Shown here one piece after another: positions 37,700 through 52,300 of a stretch of DNA of 64,000 nt (positions are counted from its first letter, which is position 1; each line of letters begins with the position of its first letter). The notes beneath the pieces are model-generated. The model did no database searches, was not told where the DNA came from, and was given only the letters and a program-made list of their open reading frames with translations. The stretch comes from Malacoraja senta (lineage: Eukaryota): NCBI GenBank assembly GCA_038087875.1, contig JAXLNO010005863.1, positions 62,001-126,000 on the forward strand, read 5' to 3'. The position numbers and the translations under genes were made by a program.

Positions 37700-40600
37700 A
37701 AAAACATAGAAACATAGAAAATAGGTACAGGAGGAGGCCATTCGGCCCTTTGAGCCAGCACCGCCATTCATTGTGGTCATGTCCCCTATCAATAACCCGT
37801 GCCTGCCTTCTCCCCATATCCCTTGACTCCACTAGCCCCTAGAGCTCTATCTAACTCTCTCTTAAATCCATCTAGTGACTTGGCCTCCACTGCCCTCTGT
37901 GGCAGGGAATTCCATAAATTCACAACTCTCTGGGTGAAAACTTTTTTCTCACCTCAGTCTTAAATGACCTCCCCTTTATTCTAAGACTGTGGCCCCTGTT
38001 TCTGGACTCGCCCAACATTGGGAATATTTTTCCTGCATCTTGCTTGTCCTGTCCTTTTATAATTTTATATGTTTCTATAAGATTCCCCCTCATCCTTCTA
38101 AACTCTAGTGAATACAAGCCTAGTCTTGTCAATCTTTCCTCATATGACAATCCCGCCATCCCAGGGATCAATCTCTTGATCCTACGCTGCACTGCCTCAA
38201 TCACAAGGATGTCCTTCCACAAATTAGGAGACCAAAACTGTACACAATACTCCAGATGTGGTCTCACCAGAGCCCTATACAACTGCAGAAGAACCTCTCT
38301 ACCCCTATACTGAAATCCTCTTGTTATGAAGGCCACCATTCCATTAGTTTTCTTCACTGCCTGCTGTACCTGTAAGCCAACTTTCAGTGACCGGTGTACA
38401 AGGACGCCCAGGTCTCGCTGCACCTCCCCCTTACCTAACCTAACCTAACCCCATTGAGATAATAATCTGCCCCCTTGTTTTTGCTGCCAAAGTGGATAAC
38501 CTCACATTTATATATATTATACTGCATCTGCCACGCATCTGCCCACTCACTCAACCTGTCCAGGTCAACCTGCAACCTCCTAACATCCTCTTCACAGTTC
38601 ACACTGCCACCCAGCTTTGTGTCATCTGCAAACTTGCTAGTGTTGCTCCTAATTCCCTCTTCCAAATCATTAATATATATGGTAAACAATTGCGGCCCCA
38701 ACACCGAGCCTTGCGGCCAGTGGCGGACTGGCCAGGGTGTCAGCTTGCCCGATGGCAAGTGGGCCCCCCCATATCAAATAAAAATGCAATGTAGAACCAA
38801 ACACAGATAACTGTTTTAGTAATGAAAAGGAATAAGATGTATCTGGCAGCTAGGATTACTCTGAAAGTTTAATTTTAAAAATATCCACGGTATCAACAGG
38901 GATGAACTACTTTTGAGCTAAAATTAGTCACAAAAATTAACATTCATTCAATCTCACAGGACTTATCTTATAATAATTAGTTACAATATTCTCAGATTTT
39001 ACCGCTCCAGTGTGATTTTTAATTCTTTGAAAAGGTTCTCCCAATACTTAAATGACACCAAATAATAATATACTCCAAAAAATTTTGGTTGGCAAGTGAG
39101 AAAATGTTGTATCAAAGATTTGTCCGTATTTTTGTCACACACACTTGAAAAGCCTCAGCCTGCCCCCCCCCCCCCCCCCCCCCCCCGCTCTTATTGAAGA
39201 GATTTTTAATTTTTTGAGTTTTTGTATATGTATAAAAGATCATTGTTGCATATAACATCTTGTTGCATCATTCACCAGGCGGCCAGACGTGGCGTGGCTC
39301 CTTTACCATTCTTTTTATATAGTTTTTCAAGTTTCGTGAAAAAAAATTATCGGTAAACAATATCCAAATTCAGCTACATGTGAGTTCAAATTTAGATATT
39401 AGAAAAACATAATTGTTACACCAGGGTAGGCTCCAGTTATCCATAGTAATTATCTGGTTATCAGTGACTGCATTGAAAATATTATATGAAAAGTTAATGA
39501 AGCCTGTTCTTCAGCATATGTGCTTAAACATAAGTTATTGTTAAAGCTATGTGAGAGGTATTATCAATACTCAGGATTTTTTCATATATATATTCTTGTG
39601 AATCATTGTTCTCAGTGATGAACATTAAGTATCGTAATAGTAATAGCCTTACAGATGAAACTAGTAGTGCTTGAATATCTCTCAAGGTTAACAAATATAA
39701 ACCGGATATAAAATATGAGTCATCAGCGATGCAGCAGCAGGTCTCATTGATGCTAAATGTATAAAATGTCCACAATTATTATTGGGTATGTGCTTAAAGG
39801 TATTATCTGTGAGCGACTACTTTCAGTTGTGCCAAGTAATGATGGTACAGGACAGGGACTTTTTGATCTATTGATTGAAACATTACAGCATCTTAAAATT
39901 GACCCCCAAAAATGTTTATCTGATAGCACAGATGGCACTGCAAGCTACCATGGCCAGTATAATGGTTTACAAGGTAAAATTGCTGATGTGGCTGATCAAC
40001 ATGTTCATATACAATACAATACAATACGGTTTTATTCGTCACATTGCACATAAAGTGCAAGTGAAATGGTGCAATGCCCATGTCTTGAATTTGGTGATAG
40101 CTGAAACAACAAAATGTTGTGAGCCTGCAGTTTCTTTTTTCAATTTGCTCCAGAATAGAGCAACTTTTGTGAAAGCATCATACAAGAGAATGGCCGTATG
40201 GATAGAAGTTGTTGGAAAACATCTAGGATAAGAAAAAATGAAACGATTAAAGCTAATTGGTGAGACCAGATGGTCAGGAAAATCCAATGCAGCAACAACT
40301 ATATTTGGAAGTTTTGATGATGCCGCTGCCAGTACTTTCGTAAATCTATTGACATGATTATCAATGATACAAGATTCAGAAAAGTTTGATGCAAAAACAA
40401 AACATGAAGCAAATGTTTTACTTCAAAGTCTTCTAAAGTTTGAAACCATATTGACAGCATTTATTTACTTGTATATATTTGAAACTACAACCCCATTATC
40501 AAGTTATCTACGGACAAGTGGTTTAGATGTGTTTACTGCATGGAGTTTGGTAGATTCAGCTACAACAAAGTTGAAGGAACAGACAAGAACATTTAATAAC

Positions 40601-42535
40601 GTTCACAGCAAGGCTTTGGAATTTGTAAAGAAATGTAATGACAGGATTTCACAGATGAATATGGATGAAAATCAAACATTGGAAATTATTGCGTTGGAAA
40701 CAGCATTGCCAGTTAAGAGGCAGAGGAAGAAGAAAAGAATGGCAGATGAGCTTATTGATGATGAAAGAAATTCCTCAGATTCTCTAGCTGATTTTTGAGT
40801 AAATGTGTTTAACCCAATAATGGATCGCATTGTCCAGTCACTAGAATCACGCTTTGTACAACACAAACAGTTGTATAAAGATGTGTCCTGCTTGGACCCA
40901 GCAAAGTTTAAAACTATTGCAGAGAAGGGCCTTGAAGATGAAGCATTGGAAGGCATTATTAAGCTGTTTCCACAAATCAGCAAAGATCAAGTAATATTGG
41001 AATTGTTTTCTTTTGCTTCAAACTTTGATGTATTAAAGTTGCTTAATGATGGTGAGAATATGGATTCCAGTTGCAACAATTGTAAAATGTGCAGCACTTG
41101 CCCATCGAGTGTACTAAACATTCTGGCATCCAACAGACTTCATGACTTGATAAAGGCATATGATAACCTTTATCAACTTTATAAAGTCATCTGCACACTA
41201 TCAGTTACTCAAGTCCAATGTGAGAGGACATTTTCAAAGCTAAAGATCATAAAGACAAGGTTAAGAAATTCGCTGTCTGAGGGGAATTTGGAATCATACA
41301 TGTTGCTAACCATTGAAAAGGAATTGTTAGATGAATTGGATGCAGAAGCAATTATTAGCAGATTCGCACAATCATCTAGCGAACACAAACGATTGCTCTT
41401 AATATAGTGGACTGCATGCAATGCTCTATTGTGCTTTTCAACTATCTGTTAATGTGTAAATTGTGCAGTAAATTATTTAAAAATATCAACCAATTATTTA
41501 AAATTTAAAAAAAATTAAATTATAACATTCTGTATTTACATTCGGTATCTACTGCCAGTAATATGTACAGTACATGTACACTGTAATTACTAAGAACCAT
41601 TTTTTTCACAAACATTTTAAATTGTACCCTTTTTTCCATATGTATTTTTTGAAAAATTTATTTATTCGTCGTCTCCTGGCCACCAATATTTTTAGACCCA
41701 GTCCGCCACTGCTTGCAGCACTCCACTCGCCACTTCCTGCCATTCTGAAAAGGACCCGTTCACTCCTACTCTTTGCTTCCGGTCTGCCAACCAATTTTCT
41801 ATCCATGTCAACACCTTACCCCCAATACCATGTGCTCTAATTTTAGTCACCAGTGTCCCGTGCGGGACCTTATCAAAGGCTTTCTGAAAGTCCAGGTACA
41901 CTACATCCACTGGCACCCCTTCATCCATTTTACTTGTCACATCCTCAAAAAATTCCAGAAGATTAGTCAAGCATGATTTCCCTTTCATAAATCCATGTTG
42001 ACGGACTAATCCTTTTACTGCTATCCAAATGCCCCATTATTACCTCTTTAATAATTGACTCCAGCATCTTTCCCACCACCGAAGTCAGGCTAACTGGTCT
42101 GTAATTCCCCGTTTTCTCTCTCGCTCCTTTCTTGAAAAGTGGGATAACATTAGCTATCCTCCAATCCACAGGAACTGATCCTGAATCTATTGAACATTGG
42201 AAAATGATCACCAATGCATCCACTATTTATAGAGCCACCCCCCTGAGGACCCTGGGATGCAGACCATCAGGTCCAGGGGATTTATGATCCTTCAGTCCCA
42301 TTAGCCTACCCAATACTATTTCTCGCCTAATGAAAATGTATTTCAGTTCCTCTACCCCCTTAGATCCTCTGTCCTCCAGTACACCTGGGAGATTGTTTGT
42401 GTCTTCCTTAGTGAAGACAGATCCGAAGTACCTATTCAACTCTTCTGCCATTTCCTTGTTGCCCATAATAATTTCACCCGTGTCTGCCTTCAAGGGACCC
42501 ACGTTTGACTTTGCTACCGTTTTTCCCTTAACATC
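37700..42535 (-). mobile_element. CR1 LINE RT, split by a hAT insertion (37700-38717 and 41712-42535)
   Basis: RT ORFs 42227-42502, 41963-42223, 41692-41988 (SCLTNLLEFFE..YLDFQKAFDKVPH), resuming at 38435-38758 (PQGSVLGPQLFTIYINDL..FADDTKL). Confidence 0.9.
38718..41711 (+). mobile_element. hAT DNA transposon (ZMYM1-like transposase, decayed) with 14-bp TIRs and 8-bp TSD
   Basis: TIRs cagtggcggactgg (38718) and ccagtccgccactg (41698-41711). TSD cttgcggc / cttgcagc. Transposase fragments 39757-41407 include WCNAHVLNLV, ETRWS and the dimerisation motif VTQVQCERTFSKLKIIKTRLRNSL. Confidence 0.93.
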
Positions 42536-44859
42536 TTTAAGCTTCTTTACTCAATACTCTGACTGATGAAGGACAAAGTGCCAAAATATTTTTTGACCAC
42601 CTGATATACCAGCGACTCAACCTTCAAGGAACCATGCAACCATCAGCCATTCCTCTGCCCACCTGGCTAATTGATCGAGATCCTGCTGCAATCTTTCACA
42701 ACCATCTTCACTATTTGCAAATCCACTCACTTCTGTATCATCAGCAAACTTGCTAATCTTGCCCTGTTCTGTGACGTTTCACAGTGCTGGAGTAACTCAG
42801 CGGGCCAGGCTGAGTACAGAAGTTGGGAGGTCATGTTGCAGTTGTAGAAGTAGTTGATGAGGCCGCATTCAGAGTATTGTATTCAGTTCTGGGCACCATG
42901 TAATAGGAAAGATGTCATCAAACTGGAAAGGGTACAGTGAAGATTTACGAGGATGTTGCCAGGCCTAGAGGGCCAGAGCTGTAGGGAGAGGTTGAGTAGG
43001 CTGTGACTCTATTTCATGGAGCACATGAGGATGAGGGATGATCTAATAGAGGTGTATAAAATCATGATTTGAATAGATATGGTTGAGTCTTTTGCACAGA
43101 GTAGGTGAATCGAGGAGCAGAGGACATAAGTTAAGGTGAAGGGGAAAAGATTTAATAGGAATCTGACAGGTATATTGTTCACACAAAGGGTGGTAGGTGT
43201 ATGGAACAAGCTGCCAGAGGAGGTAGTTGAGGCGGGGACTATCGCAACATTTAAGAAACACTTAGACAGGTACATGGATAGGACAGGTTCGGAGGGATAT
43301 GGATCAAATGTGGACAGGAGGGACTAGTGTAGATGGGACATGCTGGGCCGAAGGGCCTGTTTCCACACTGTATCTCTCTATGACTCTATCTATCTTTCCC
43401 TCTCAAACCCATTCTCCTGCCTTCTCCCCATTACCTCTGACACCTGTATCAATCAAGAATCTATCAATCTCCTGAAAAATGTCCATTGACTTGACCTCCA
43501 CAGTTGTCTGTGGCAATGAATTCCACAGTTCACCACCTTCTGACTTAAGAAATTCCTGCTCATCTCCTTCCTAAAGGAATGTATTTTAATTCTGAGGCTG
43601 TGGCCACTGGTCCTAGACTCTCCCACTAGTGGAAACATCCTCTCCACATCCACTCCATCCAGGTTTTTACCAGACTGGGACAGACGGCAACAGCTTCACA
43701 CCGTGTCCCAAAGCTTGTGTCCTGTCCTGCTTCACCCAGGCAGCAGATACATTATAGGAGAGGGCAAGCACCGTAACAAGTTAGTTCACGATGGTTTGGG
43801 TAACATTCAGGAATGTCTATGCATGTCACATCATGAATATAACTGAAGAAGGGTCTTGACCCGAAATATAATCTATACCGTTTCTCCAGAGATGCTGCCT
43901 GACTCACTGAGTTACTCCAGCACTTTGTCTATTTTCCCTTCACCCATCTGCCCAAGCCCACTCTCCCCTCTCCTTTCCTATGTTCCTTTCCACCCATAAA
44001 CCTCTCTCTGCCTTTACATTTCACTCCTCTGTCAAATCTGCTCTACTTATCTACATGCATTTTTCTTCTTAACTTTTTAGTCATAGAATGATGCAGTGTG
44101 GAAACAGGCCCTTCAGCCCAACTTGCCCACACCAACCAACATGTCCCATCTACACTAGTCCCACTCACATGCGTGTGGCCCATATCCATGTAAACCTGTC
44201 CTATCGATGTACGTGTCCAAATGTCTCTTAAACATTAGGATAGTCCCAGCCTTAACTACCTCCTCTGGCAGCTTGTTCCATACACCCACCACCCTTTGTG
44301 TGAAAAAGCTAACTCTCAGATTCCTGTTAATTTCTGAAATATTGGTCATGAATTTGATGCGAAAATGCTCCAAAATAAGGCTCAGAATGCATCAGAGAGC
44401 ATCTAAAACCCCTGAGCTTCCAGGGCCCTTAAGCGGGCCCTGGACCGCGGCATCGAGGGACTTCACGCTTCACGCTTGTGATGTGCACAGCGCGCACATT
44501 ATTTCACATTACAATCTTTTTGTGATCCTGTCATGCCACCCCCCTTTTTGAAAAGCTTCGTACGGGCCTGAGTTAGGAAGGCATGTTGGTGCTTTACAGG
44601 TCATCAGCCACTGTGTAGCACTGGGAGATGGTACTGGTGAGTACAGTTTAGTCCTGGCACAGCAGTGTGTACTGATAGGGACAGATCTATCACTGCATAA
44701 CAGAGAATGCTGGAGAAACTCAAGAGGTCAGGCAGCATCTGTGGAGTGAATGGACAGACAACATTTTTAGTTGGGACTATTCTTCACACGGATTGTAGTA
44801 TGGGGGGAGAAAGCTGGAAAAGAAAGCTGCCATCCAAAAAAGAAAACTTGAATAAGCCC

Positions 44860-45380
44860 TTGATATAAGCCTGGCCGATTGTTTCACTGAACACCTTCAC
44901 TCATTCCGCCTGGACCTACCTGATCTCCCGGTTCCCAAACACTTTACTTCCCCTTCCCATTCCCACACTGACCTTTCAGTCCTGGGCCTCCTCTTTTGTC
45001 AGAGTGAGGCCAAACGCAAATTAGAGGAACAGCATCTCATATTTCACTTGGGCAGATTACAACCAGTGGTATGAATATTGAGTTCTCTGACTTCGTAATC
45101 CCTGCATTCCCTCTCTCTCCATCCCTCCCCCACCTAAGTCGTACCAGCTTCAAAGTCCCTTCTCACCTAACAAACAGCTAACAATGGCCTGTTTTCTTTA
45201 TCATCATTACTTTTGTGCATATCTTTCATTGATTTGATCTATAGCTCTCTACATCACCGTCTATATCTCCCGTTTCCCTTTCCCCAGTCTGAAGAAGGGT
45301 CTCAACCCGAAATGTCACCTTTTCTCCAGAGATGCTATCTGACCCGGTGAGTTACTCCAGCTTTTTGTGTCTATCTTCAG
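44860..45380 (+). mobile_element. Penelope-like element 3' fragment
   Basis: LADCFTEHLHS..DLPVPKHF.SPSHSHTDLSVLGLL.CQSEAKRKLEEQHLIFHLG (GIY-YIG C-terminus), then UTR and ctgaagaagggtctcaacccgaaatgtc at 45289. Confidence 0.8.
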
Positions 45381-48300
45381 TGTAAGCTATAGCTTGCAAA
45401 AGGGTGGTTAATAAATATTATGTGAATGCTGCAGTGGGATTAAACAATGTCGACAATTGATGCGTAACTGACAGGAAGCAAAACTTTTTGTAAAATATCT
45501 CCTTTGTTCTGGAGGTGCATAACAATGTTGTCACTGCCCCTGTAGCATCTGGTGCCCTCTTGTGGTCAAAGTGACAGTAATCTGGAGGTTGCTGTCCACA
45601 GATATTTTATTACAAATTTGGAACAAACAAAACTGATGCTGGGTCTCATCCCGGAATGTCAATAATTTCCTCCCTCCCCACAGATGCTGCTCGACCGCTG
45701 AGTTCCCCTAGGCTCCAGCAGTTTGTTTGTTGCTCCACATTATGAGAGGCGTAGACAGTCAGAACCATTTCACCAGTTTGGAAATGCTCAACTTTAGAGG
45801 CCAGAGCTAGAAAGTGAAAGGGGGAAGGTTTAATGGAGAAGTAGAGGGCATGTTTCTTTATACAGTGGGCGGGCGGGGGGGGGGGGGGGGCTGGAACGCA
45901 CTGTATGGGTGGTGGTAGTGCAGATATGATAGTAGGATTTAAGAGACTTTCAGATAGGCACATGGAAGTGCGGGGAATAGAGGGATATGGGTCATGTACA
46001 GGCAGATAAGATCAGTTTAAGTAGGCATCATGTTGGCACAAACATTGTGGGCCAAAGGGCCATATTGTTCTATTCTAAATTTAATTTCATTTTGTTTAGT
46101 TTTAGAGATACAGCGCTGAAATAGTCCCTACTTCCTACTGAGTCCGCGCCGACCAGCGATCCCCATACACCAGCACCATCCGACACAGGTGAGACAATTT
46201 ACCATTGTTTTTACCGAAGGACAATAACTTACAAACCTGTATGTCTTTGGAGTGTGGGAGGAAATCAGAGCTCCCGGAGAAATCCCATGTGATCACGGGG
46301 AGAACATACAAACTCCTTACTGACAGCACCCGTTGTCAGGATCGAACCCGGGTCTCTGGCGCTGTAAGGCAGCAGCTCCACCTCTGCGCCATTGTGCCAC
46401 CCCTAAATATGTTCACTATTCTATTGCAGAATCTCCAATCTCTCCCTCAATGTCAGCAAAGTGAATTTGAAGGAGGTAGTTATCGACTGCTGGAAGGAAG
46501 ATGGTGTTCTAGCCATAAGCTTCTGGGATGCACCGCAGCGGCAGAAGCAAATTACCACGGATCGACCAGGCGGCCACCGAGAACAAAGATAGACTCGGCC
46601 GGTCGCCTGTAGCCATATGTGCCGGCAGGTTTGGTTCGCCGGTGTGAAGAGCAACCCGGTGGAAGCTGCTTAGCTTGGCCCCGAAACCCGGAGAGTCGTG
46701 GAGGAGGGAACCGCTGCCGCCGACGGACGCAAGGAGTGGGCCGCTAAGAGAGGGACTGAGGTATTACCTCCAGGATAGGGGTTGCCTCCCGGGACACAGA
46801 GCCAGTTGGGCGACGAGAGGGACGTCAGTTGGCGGGCCGAGCTGGTCGAGGGTGACGGAGGTGGCCCCCCTGGCAATGAGCTAACCTGGATCGGGGGTCT
46901 CCAGTAAATCCAACATACAGACCGGACATTGGACTTTTTCTTTTTCTTTTGTAAATACTGCCAAATTATGGCGACGGGAGCAAGAATTTCACTGTGCAGT
47001 GCACAAGTGACAATAAAGAATCATTGACACATTGAAGTCAGAATCAATAGTGTAGAAGTGCGAGTGCTGAAGTGGGAATGGTGAAGAACTTCAAATTCCT
47101 CGGCATGAACAACCTGTTGCATTTTAGTCACTGGGGCAGAACTTTGAAAATAATGAACGTTTAACAATCCATCTGCAGCACTGATTAGAAACATAGAAAG
47201 CAGGTGCAGGAGTAGGTCATTAGGCCCTTCAAGCCAGCACCGTCATTCAATATGATCATGGCTGTTCCTGCTTTCTCCCCATATCCCTTGATTCTGTAGC
47301 ACTAAGATCTAACTCTCCCTTGAATACATCCAGTGAATTGCCTCCACTGCCTTCTGTGGCAGAGAATTCCACAGATTCACAACTTTCTGGGAGAAAATGT
47401 TTTTCCTCATCTCAGTCCTAAATGGCCTACCCTTTATTCGTAAACTGTGACCCCTGGTTCTGGACTCCCCCAATATCGGGAAATTTTTTCCTGCATCTAA
47501 CTGTCCAATCCCTAAGGAATTTTATGTCCCTAAGGAATTAATAAGATCCCATGTCATCCTAAATTCCAATGAATATAAGCCCAGTCAGTCCATTCTTTCA
47601 TCACATGTTTGTCCTGCCATACCGGGACAATAAATATTTTACTTTTTTATGAACAATATCCTTGATTTTATTGCTTTAAAAAAAAAATTCTGTTCCAGTC
47701 CCACCACTAAGATTTTTGCTGTATAATTGTTTGGGTCCTTTCCGCCTTCAATCAATTGAAAGCCAGAGTGGTAAAGAAGCCACTATTCATAGCATTGAGT
47801 ATAAGAGTCAGGAAGTCATATGCTGCTTTATGGAACTTCAAAGATAGACACAAAATGCTGGAGTAACTCAGCGGGACAGGCAGCATCTCTGGATAAAAGG
47901 AATGGGTGACATTTCTGGTTGAGTCCCTTCAGGCTGAAGAGGAAAGGGAGACATGGAGATAAGGAAGTGTAAGGTATGAAAGAATGACATCAAAGGAGAT
48001 GTAGTTCAAGGAAAATGTAGAATAGATCATTGTTAGCTAGGAGAGGGTGTGAACGAAGCAGACAGATAATTTTTAATCAGGGGGGCAGTCAGACTGGTCG
48101 GAGAATAGAACTTCAGATAGGCGACTTTTAGAATATTATCGGCATTTCTAGTTGCCCCAATGCAGGATGAATTTGGAAGCATGGAATTAATGCAGAGGTG
48201 GTTTGCCAGAATGATGCACAGATTAGATATTAGCTAGAAGGAGAGGTTGGACAGACTTAGATTGTAATCGCTAGAATGCTGGAGGTTGATAAAAGTATAT

Positions 48301-49224
48301 AAAACTATGAGAGGCATAGATGGGATAGAGAGTCAGAAACTTTTCCACAGGGTGGAAAGTAATGGAGAGCATAGTTTTCAGGTGAGTGGGACATGGTGTA
48401 AAGGGCCATGTATTAATAGAAGGCTCAATGAGAGATTTCTGCACTGATGTTGAGACTGTGCTGCACGTTTACACCTAGACACAACTTTAAACTGAGCTCA
48501 TGTCTCTCCTCCCAGCTGAAAAAAAAGACGCATGGTATTACCTCAAATAAGGGCTGGGAAATTATTACACATGCATTGTCCAATTTTTATTACTTAAGCA
48601 ATAACAGTAAAGTGGACTAAAGACAGACACAAAAATGTTAGATGGAGCTCTAGGGGCTGGTGGAATCAAGGGATATGGGGAGAAGGCAGGCATTCATTGG
48701 GGACGATCAGCCATGATCACCATGAATGGCGGTGCTGGCTCCAAGGGCTGAATGGCCTCCTCCTGCACCTATTTTCTATGCTTCTAAAAAGATGGAGTAA
48801 CTCAGCAGGTCAGGCAGCACTTCTGGGAAAAAGGAAAAGGTGACGATTTGTGTCGAGACTCTTCCCGAAATGTCACCTACTCCTTTCCCCCAGAAATGCT
48901 GCCTGACCCGCTGAGTTACTCCAGCTTTTTGCATCTGCCTACAGTAAAACAAGCATCTGCAGTTCCTTCCTACACAGTAAAGTAGACTATCTGGTTTATC
49001 TAAAACTGCAGTTTGTGGAATTGACTGCATTCTGAATTGTAAAATAGTTATACTTTGAGAAACATCTATTCGGTTGTAAGATGCTATGTGAAATATGATT
49101 TTGTAATTGTTGTCCTTAAAACACCAATATAATCCCTACCATAAAACCTGATCCTTAAACTGTATTCACTGGTAATTAGTGACCAGAACAAGTGGTCTCA
49201 TTCCCATTGTTATCAGGTTTGTGT

Positions 49225-49341
49225 ACACATGGACCAATAATTAGCTTCACAGCAGAGTTCTGTTAAAAAAGTACAAGAGATTAAGTTACTGTTGCTGCAT
49301 TTACTCTCCTGGTTAAATAGTGCTGTGGGCGGCTGTTAAAC
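49225..49341 (+). promoter_or_regulatory. Putative proximal promoter of the MHC-I-like gene
   Basis: CCAAT at 49234-49238, A/T-rich ttaaaaaa near 49263, GC-box-like gtgggcggc near 49325. Motif-level evidence only. Confidence 0.3.
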
Positions 49342-49393
49342 ATGCTTCTTTTTACCTTACTCAACACTTACGGTGTGGCCACTGTCTCCTCTG
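49342..49393 (+). CDS. MHC-I-like leader exon: MLLFTLLNTYGVATVSS(D)
   Basis: aaacATG start, hydrophobic signal peptide, G|gtaagc phase-1 donor that joins alpha1 in frame. Confidence 0.75.
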
Positions 49394-52300
49394 GTAAGCA
49401 ATGCTCCTTCTACTTGTGAACTTTGAGGAAACAACAAAACTGATTCTATTTACTGTTGCACAGTCCCTGTGTTTGCCCTGGGTACATTGTCTTGGATGTA
49501 TTAATTGAATGATTGAATTGAATGTATTAATAATTTTGGGTAACGGTCATTCCTGAGTTGTAAAAGCACCTGTGGGAAGTTATATACACTATGGTTACCT
49601 TGGCAATCCAATGAACAGAGGAACTGAATACAGGTAAATAATGAACATAGAACATAGGACAATACAGCACAGGAGCAGTTCCTTCAGTCCTTCAGTCTGA
49701 AGAAGGGTCTCGACCTGAAACGTCACCCATTCCTTTTATCCAGAGATGCTGCCTGACCTGCTGAGTTACTCCAGCATTTTGTCTACCTTCGCCCACAATG
49801 TCTGTGCCGAACAAAATAAACTAATCTCCTCTACCTGTATGTGATCTGTATCCGGCCATTCCCTGCCTATCTATGTACCTATCTAAAAGCCTCTGAAATG
49901 TAACTGTTATATCTGCCACCACCATCACCACCACTGGCAGCGCAGTACAGGTGTCCACCACCCTCCACATAAAACAACTTGCTCCGCTCATCTCCTTTGA
50001 ACATTGCTTCTCCAACCTTAAAGTGATGTTCTCTGGTCTTCAACATTTCCACCCTGGGAAAAAGGTTCTGGCTGTCCACTCTGTCTGTGCCTCTCACCAT
50101 GTTATGCACTTTCATCAGGTCTCCCTTCAACCTCCAGTATACAAGAGAAAACAATCCATGTTTGTCCAATCTGTTCTTGCACTAATACCTCAGACAGAAT
50201 TCAGGTAAACCGGTGATGTGCACTTTCAATAAAGAAGTGACTTCTGCATTAGTAGGTGTTCCACCTCTCCAAGATTTCCTCAGCTGGTGTTAGACACCCA
50301 CATGATGGTAAAATTCAGCCTGCATCAAATGACAAATCAATGTTGTGTTAATGTTGTTGCCATCTTGTTGTTTGTTGCATGCTTCCTGTACTGCAGACCC
50401 TATCCATTACATCACCACCACTTCCATATAACCATATAATCATATAACCATTACAGCACGGAAACAGGCCATCTCGGCCCTTCAAGTCCGTGCCGAACAC
50501 TTTTTTTTTCCTTCCCCCTTCTTTCTTCTTACTTCCCCCTAGTCCCATCTACCTGCACCCAGACCATATCCTTCCATTCCTTTCCCGTCCATATACCCAT
50601 CCAATCTATTTTTAAAGGATAAAATCGAACCTGCCTCCACCACTTCCACTGGAAGCTCATTCCACACAGCTACCACTCTCTGAGTAAAGAAGTTCCCCCT
50701 AATGTTCCCCCTAAACTTCTGTCCCTTAATTCTCAAGTCATGTCCCCTTGTTTGAATCTTCCCTACTCTCAATGGGAAAAGCTTATCCACGTCAACTCTG
50801 TCTAACCCGCTCATAATTTTAAAGACCTCTATCAAGTCCCCTCTTAACCTTCTGCGCTCCAAAGAATAAAGCCCTAACTTGTTCAACCTTTCTCTGTAAC
50901 TTAGTTGCTGAAACCCAGGCAACATTCTAGTAAATCTCCTCTGTACTCTCTCTATTTTGTTGACATCCTTCCTATAATTAGGCGACCAAAATAGTACACC
51001 ATACTCCAGAATTGGCCTCACCAATGCCTTGTACAATTTTAACATTACATCCCAACTTCTATATTCAATGCTCTGATTTATAAAGGCCAGCACACCAAAA
51101 GCTTTCTTTACCACACTATCTACATGAGATTCCACCTTCAGGGAACTATGCACAGTTATTCCTAGATCCCTCTGTTCAACTGCATTCCTCAATTCGCTAC
51201 CATTTACCATGTACGTCCTATTTTGATTTGTCCTGCCGAGATGTAGCACCTCACATTTATCAGCATTAAACTCCATCTGCCATCTTTCAGCCCACTCTTC
51301 CAAATGGCCTAAATCTCTCTGTAGACTTTGAAAATCTACTTCATTATCCACAACACCACCTATCTTAGTATCATCTGCATACTTACTAATCCAATTTTCC
51401 ACACCATCATCCAGATCATTGATGTACATGACAAACAACAGTGGACCCAACACAGACCCCTGAGGCACCCCACTGGTCACCGGCCTCCAACCTGACAAAC
51501 AGCCATCCACCATTACTCTCTGGCATCTCCCATTCAGCCACTGTTGAATCCATCTTGCTACTCCACCATTAATACCGAACAATTGAATCTTCTTAACCAA
51601 CCTTCCATGAGGAACCTTGTCAAAGGCCTTACTGAAGTCCATATAGACAACATCCACTGCTTTACCCTCATCAATTTCGCTAGTAACCTCTTCGAAAAAT
51701 TCAAGAAGATTAGTCAAACATGACCTTCCAGGCACAAATCCATGTTGACTGTTCCTAATCAGACCCTGCTTATCCAGATGCTTATATATATTATCTCTAA
51801 GTATCCTTTCCATTAATTTGCCCACCACTGACGTCAAACTAACAGGTCTATAATTGCTTTGTTTACTCTCACAACCCTTTTTAAACAACGGAACAACATG
51901 CGCAGTACGCCAATCCTCCGGCACTATTCCTGTTTCTAATGACATTTGAAATATTTTTGTCATAGCCCCTGCTATTTCTACACTAACTTCCCTCACTGTC
52001 CTAGAAAATATCCTGTCAGGACCTGGAGACTTATCCATTTTCATATTTTTCAAAAGTGTCCGCACCTCCTCTTATTTGAATCTCATAGTTTCCATTGCTA
52101 CTCTGCTTGTTTCCCTTACCTCACATAATTCCATATCCTTCTCCTTGGTGAATACCGAAGAAAAAAAATTGTTCAATATCTCCCCCATCTCTTTTGGCTC
52201 TGCAGATAGCTGTCCACTCTGACTCTCTAATGGACCAATTTTATTCCTTGTTATCCTTTTTCTATTAATATAGCTGTAGAAACCCTTTGGATTTACTTTC

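Noticed and set aside
44600-44636. 37-nt plus-strand exon candidate (ctttacag|...CTG|gtgagt)
   Set aside because: Good splice signals but no linked exon or homology. It could be a 5' UTR exon but cannot be supported without RNA data.
46421-46990. GC-rich stretch as a promoter or first exon with short ORFs
   Set aside because: It ends in a LINE-like 3' UTR (ttcactgtg..gtgacaataaa) and the ORFs show no domain; more likely a TE remnant.
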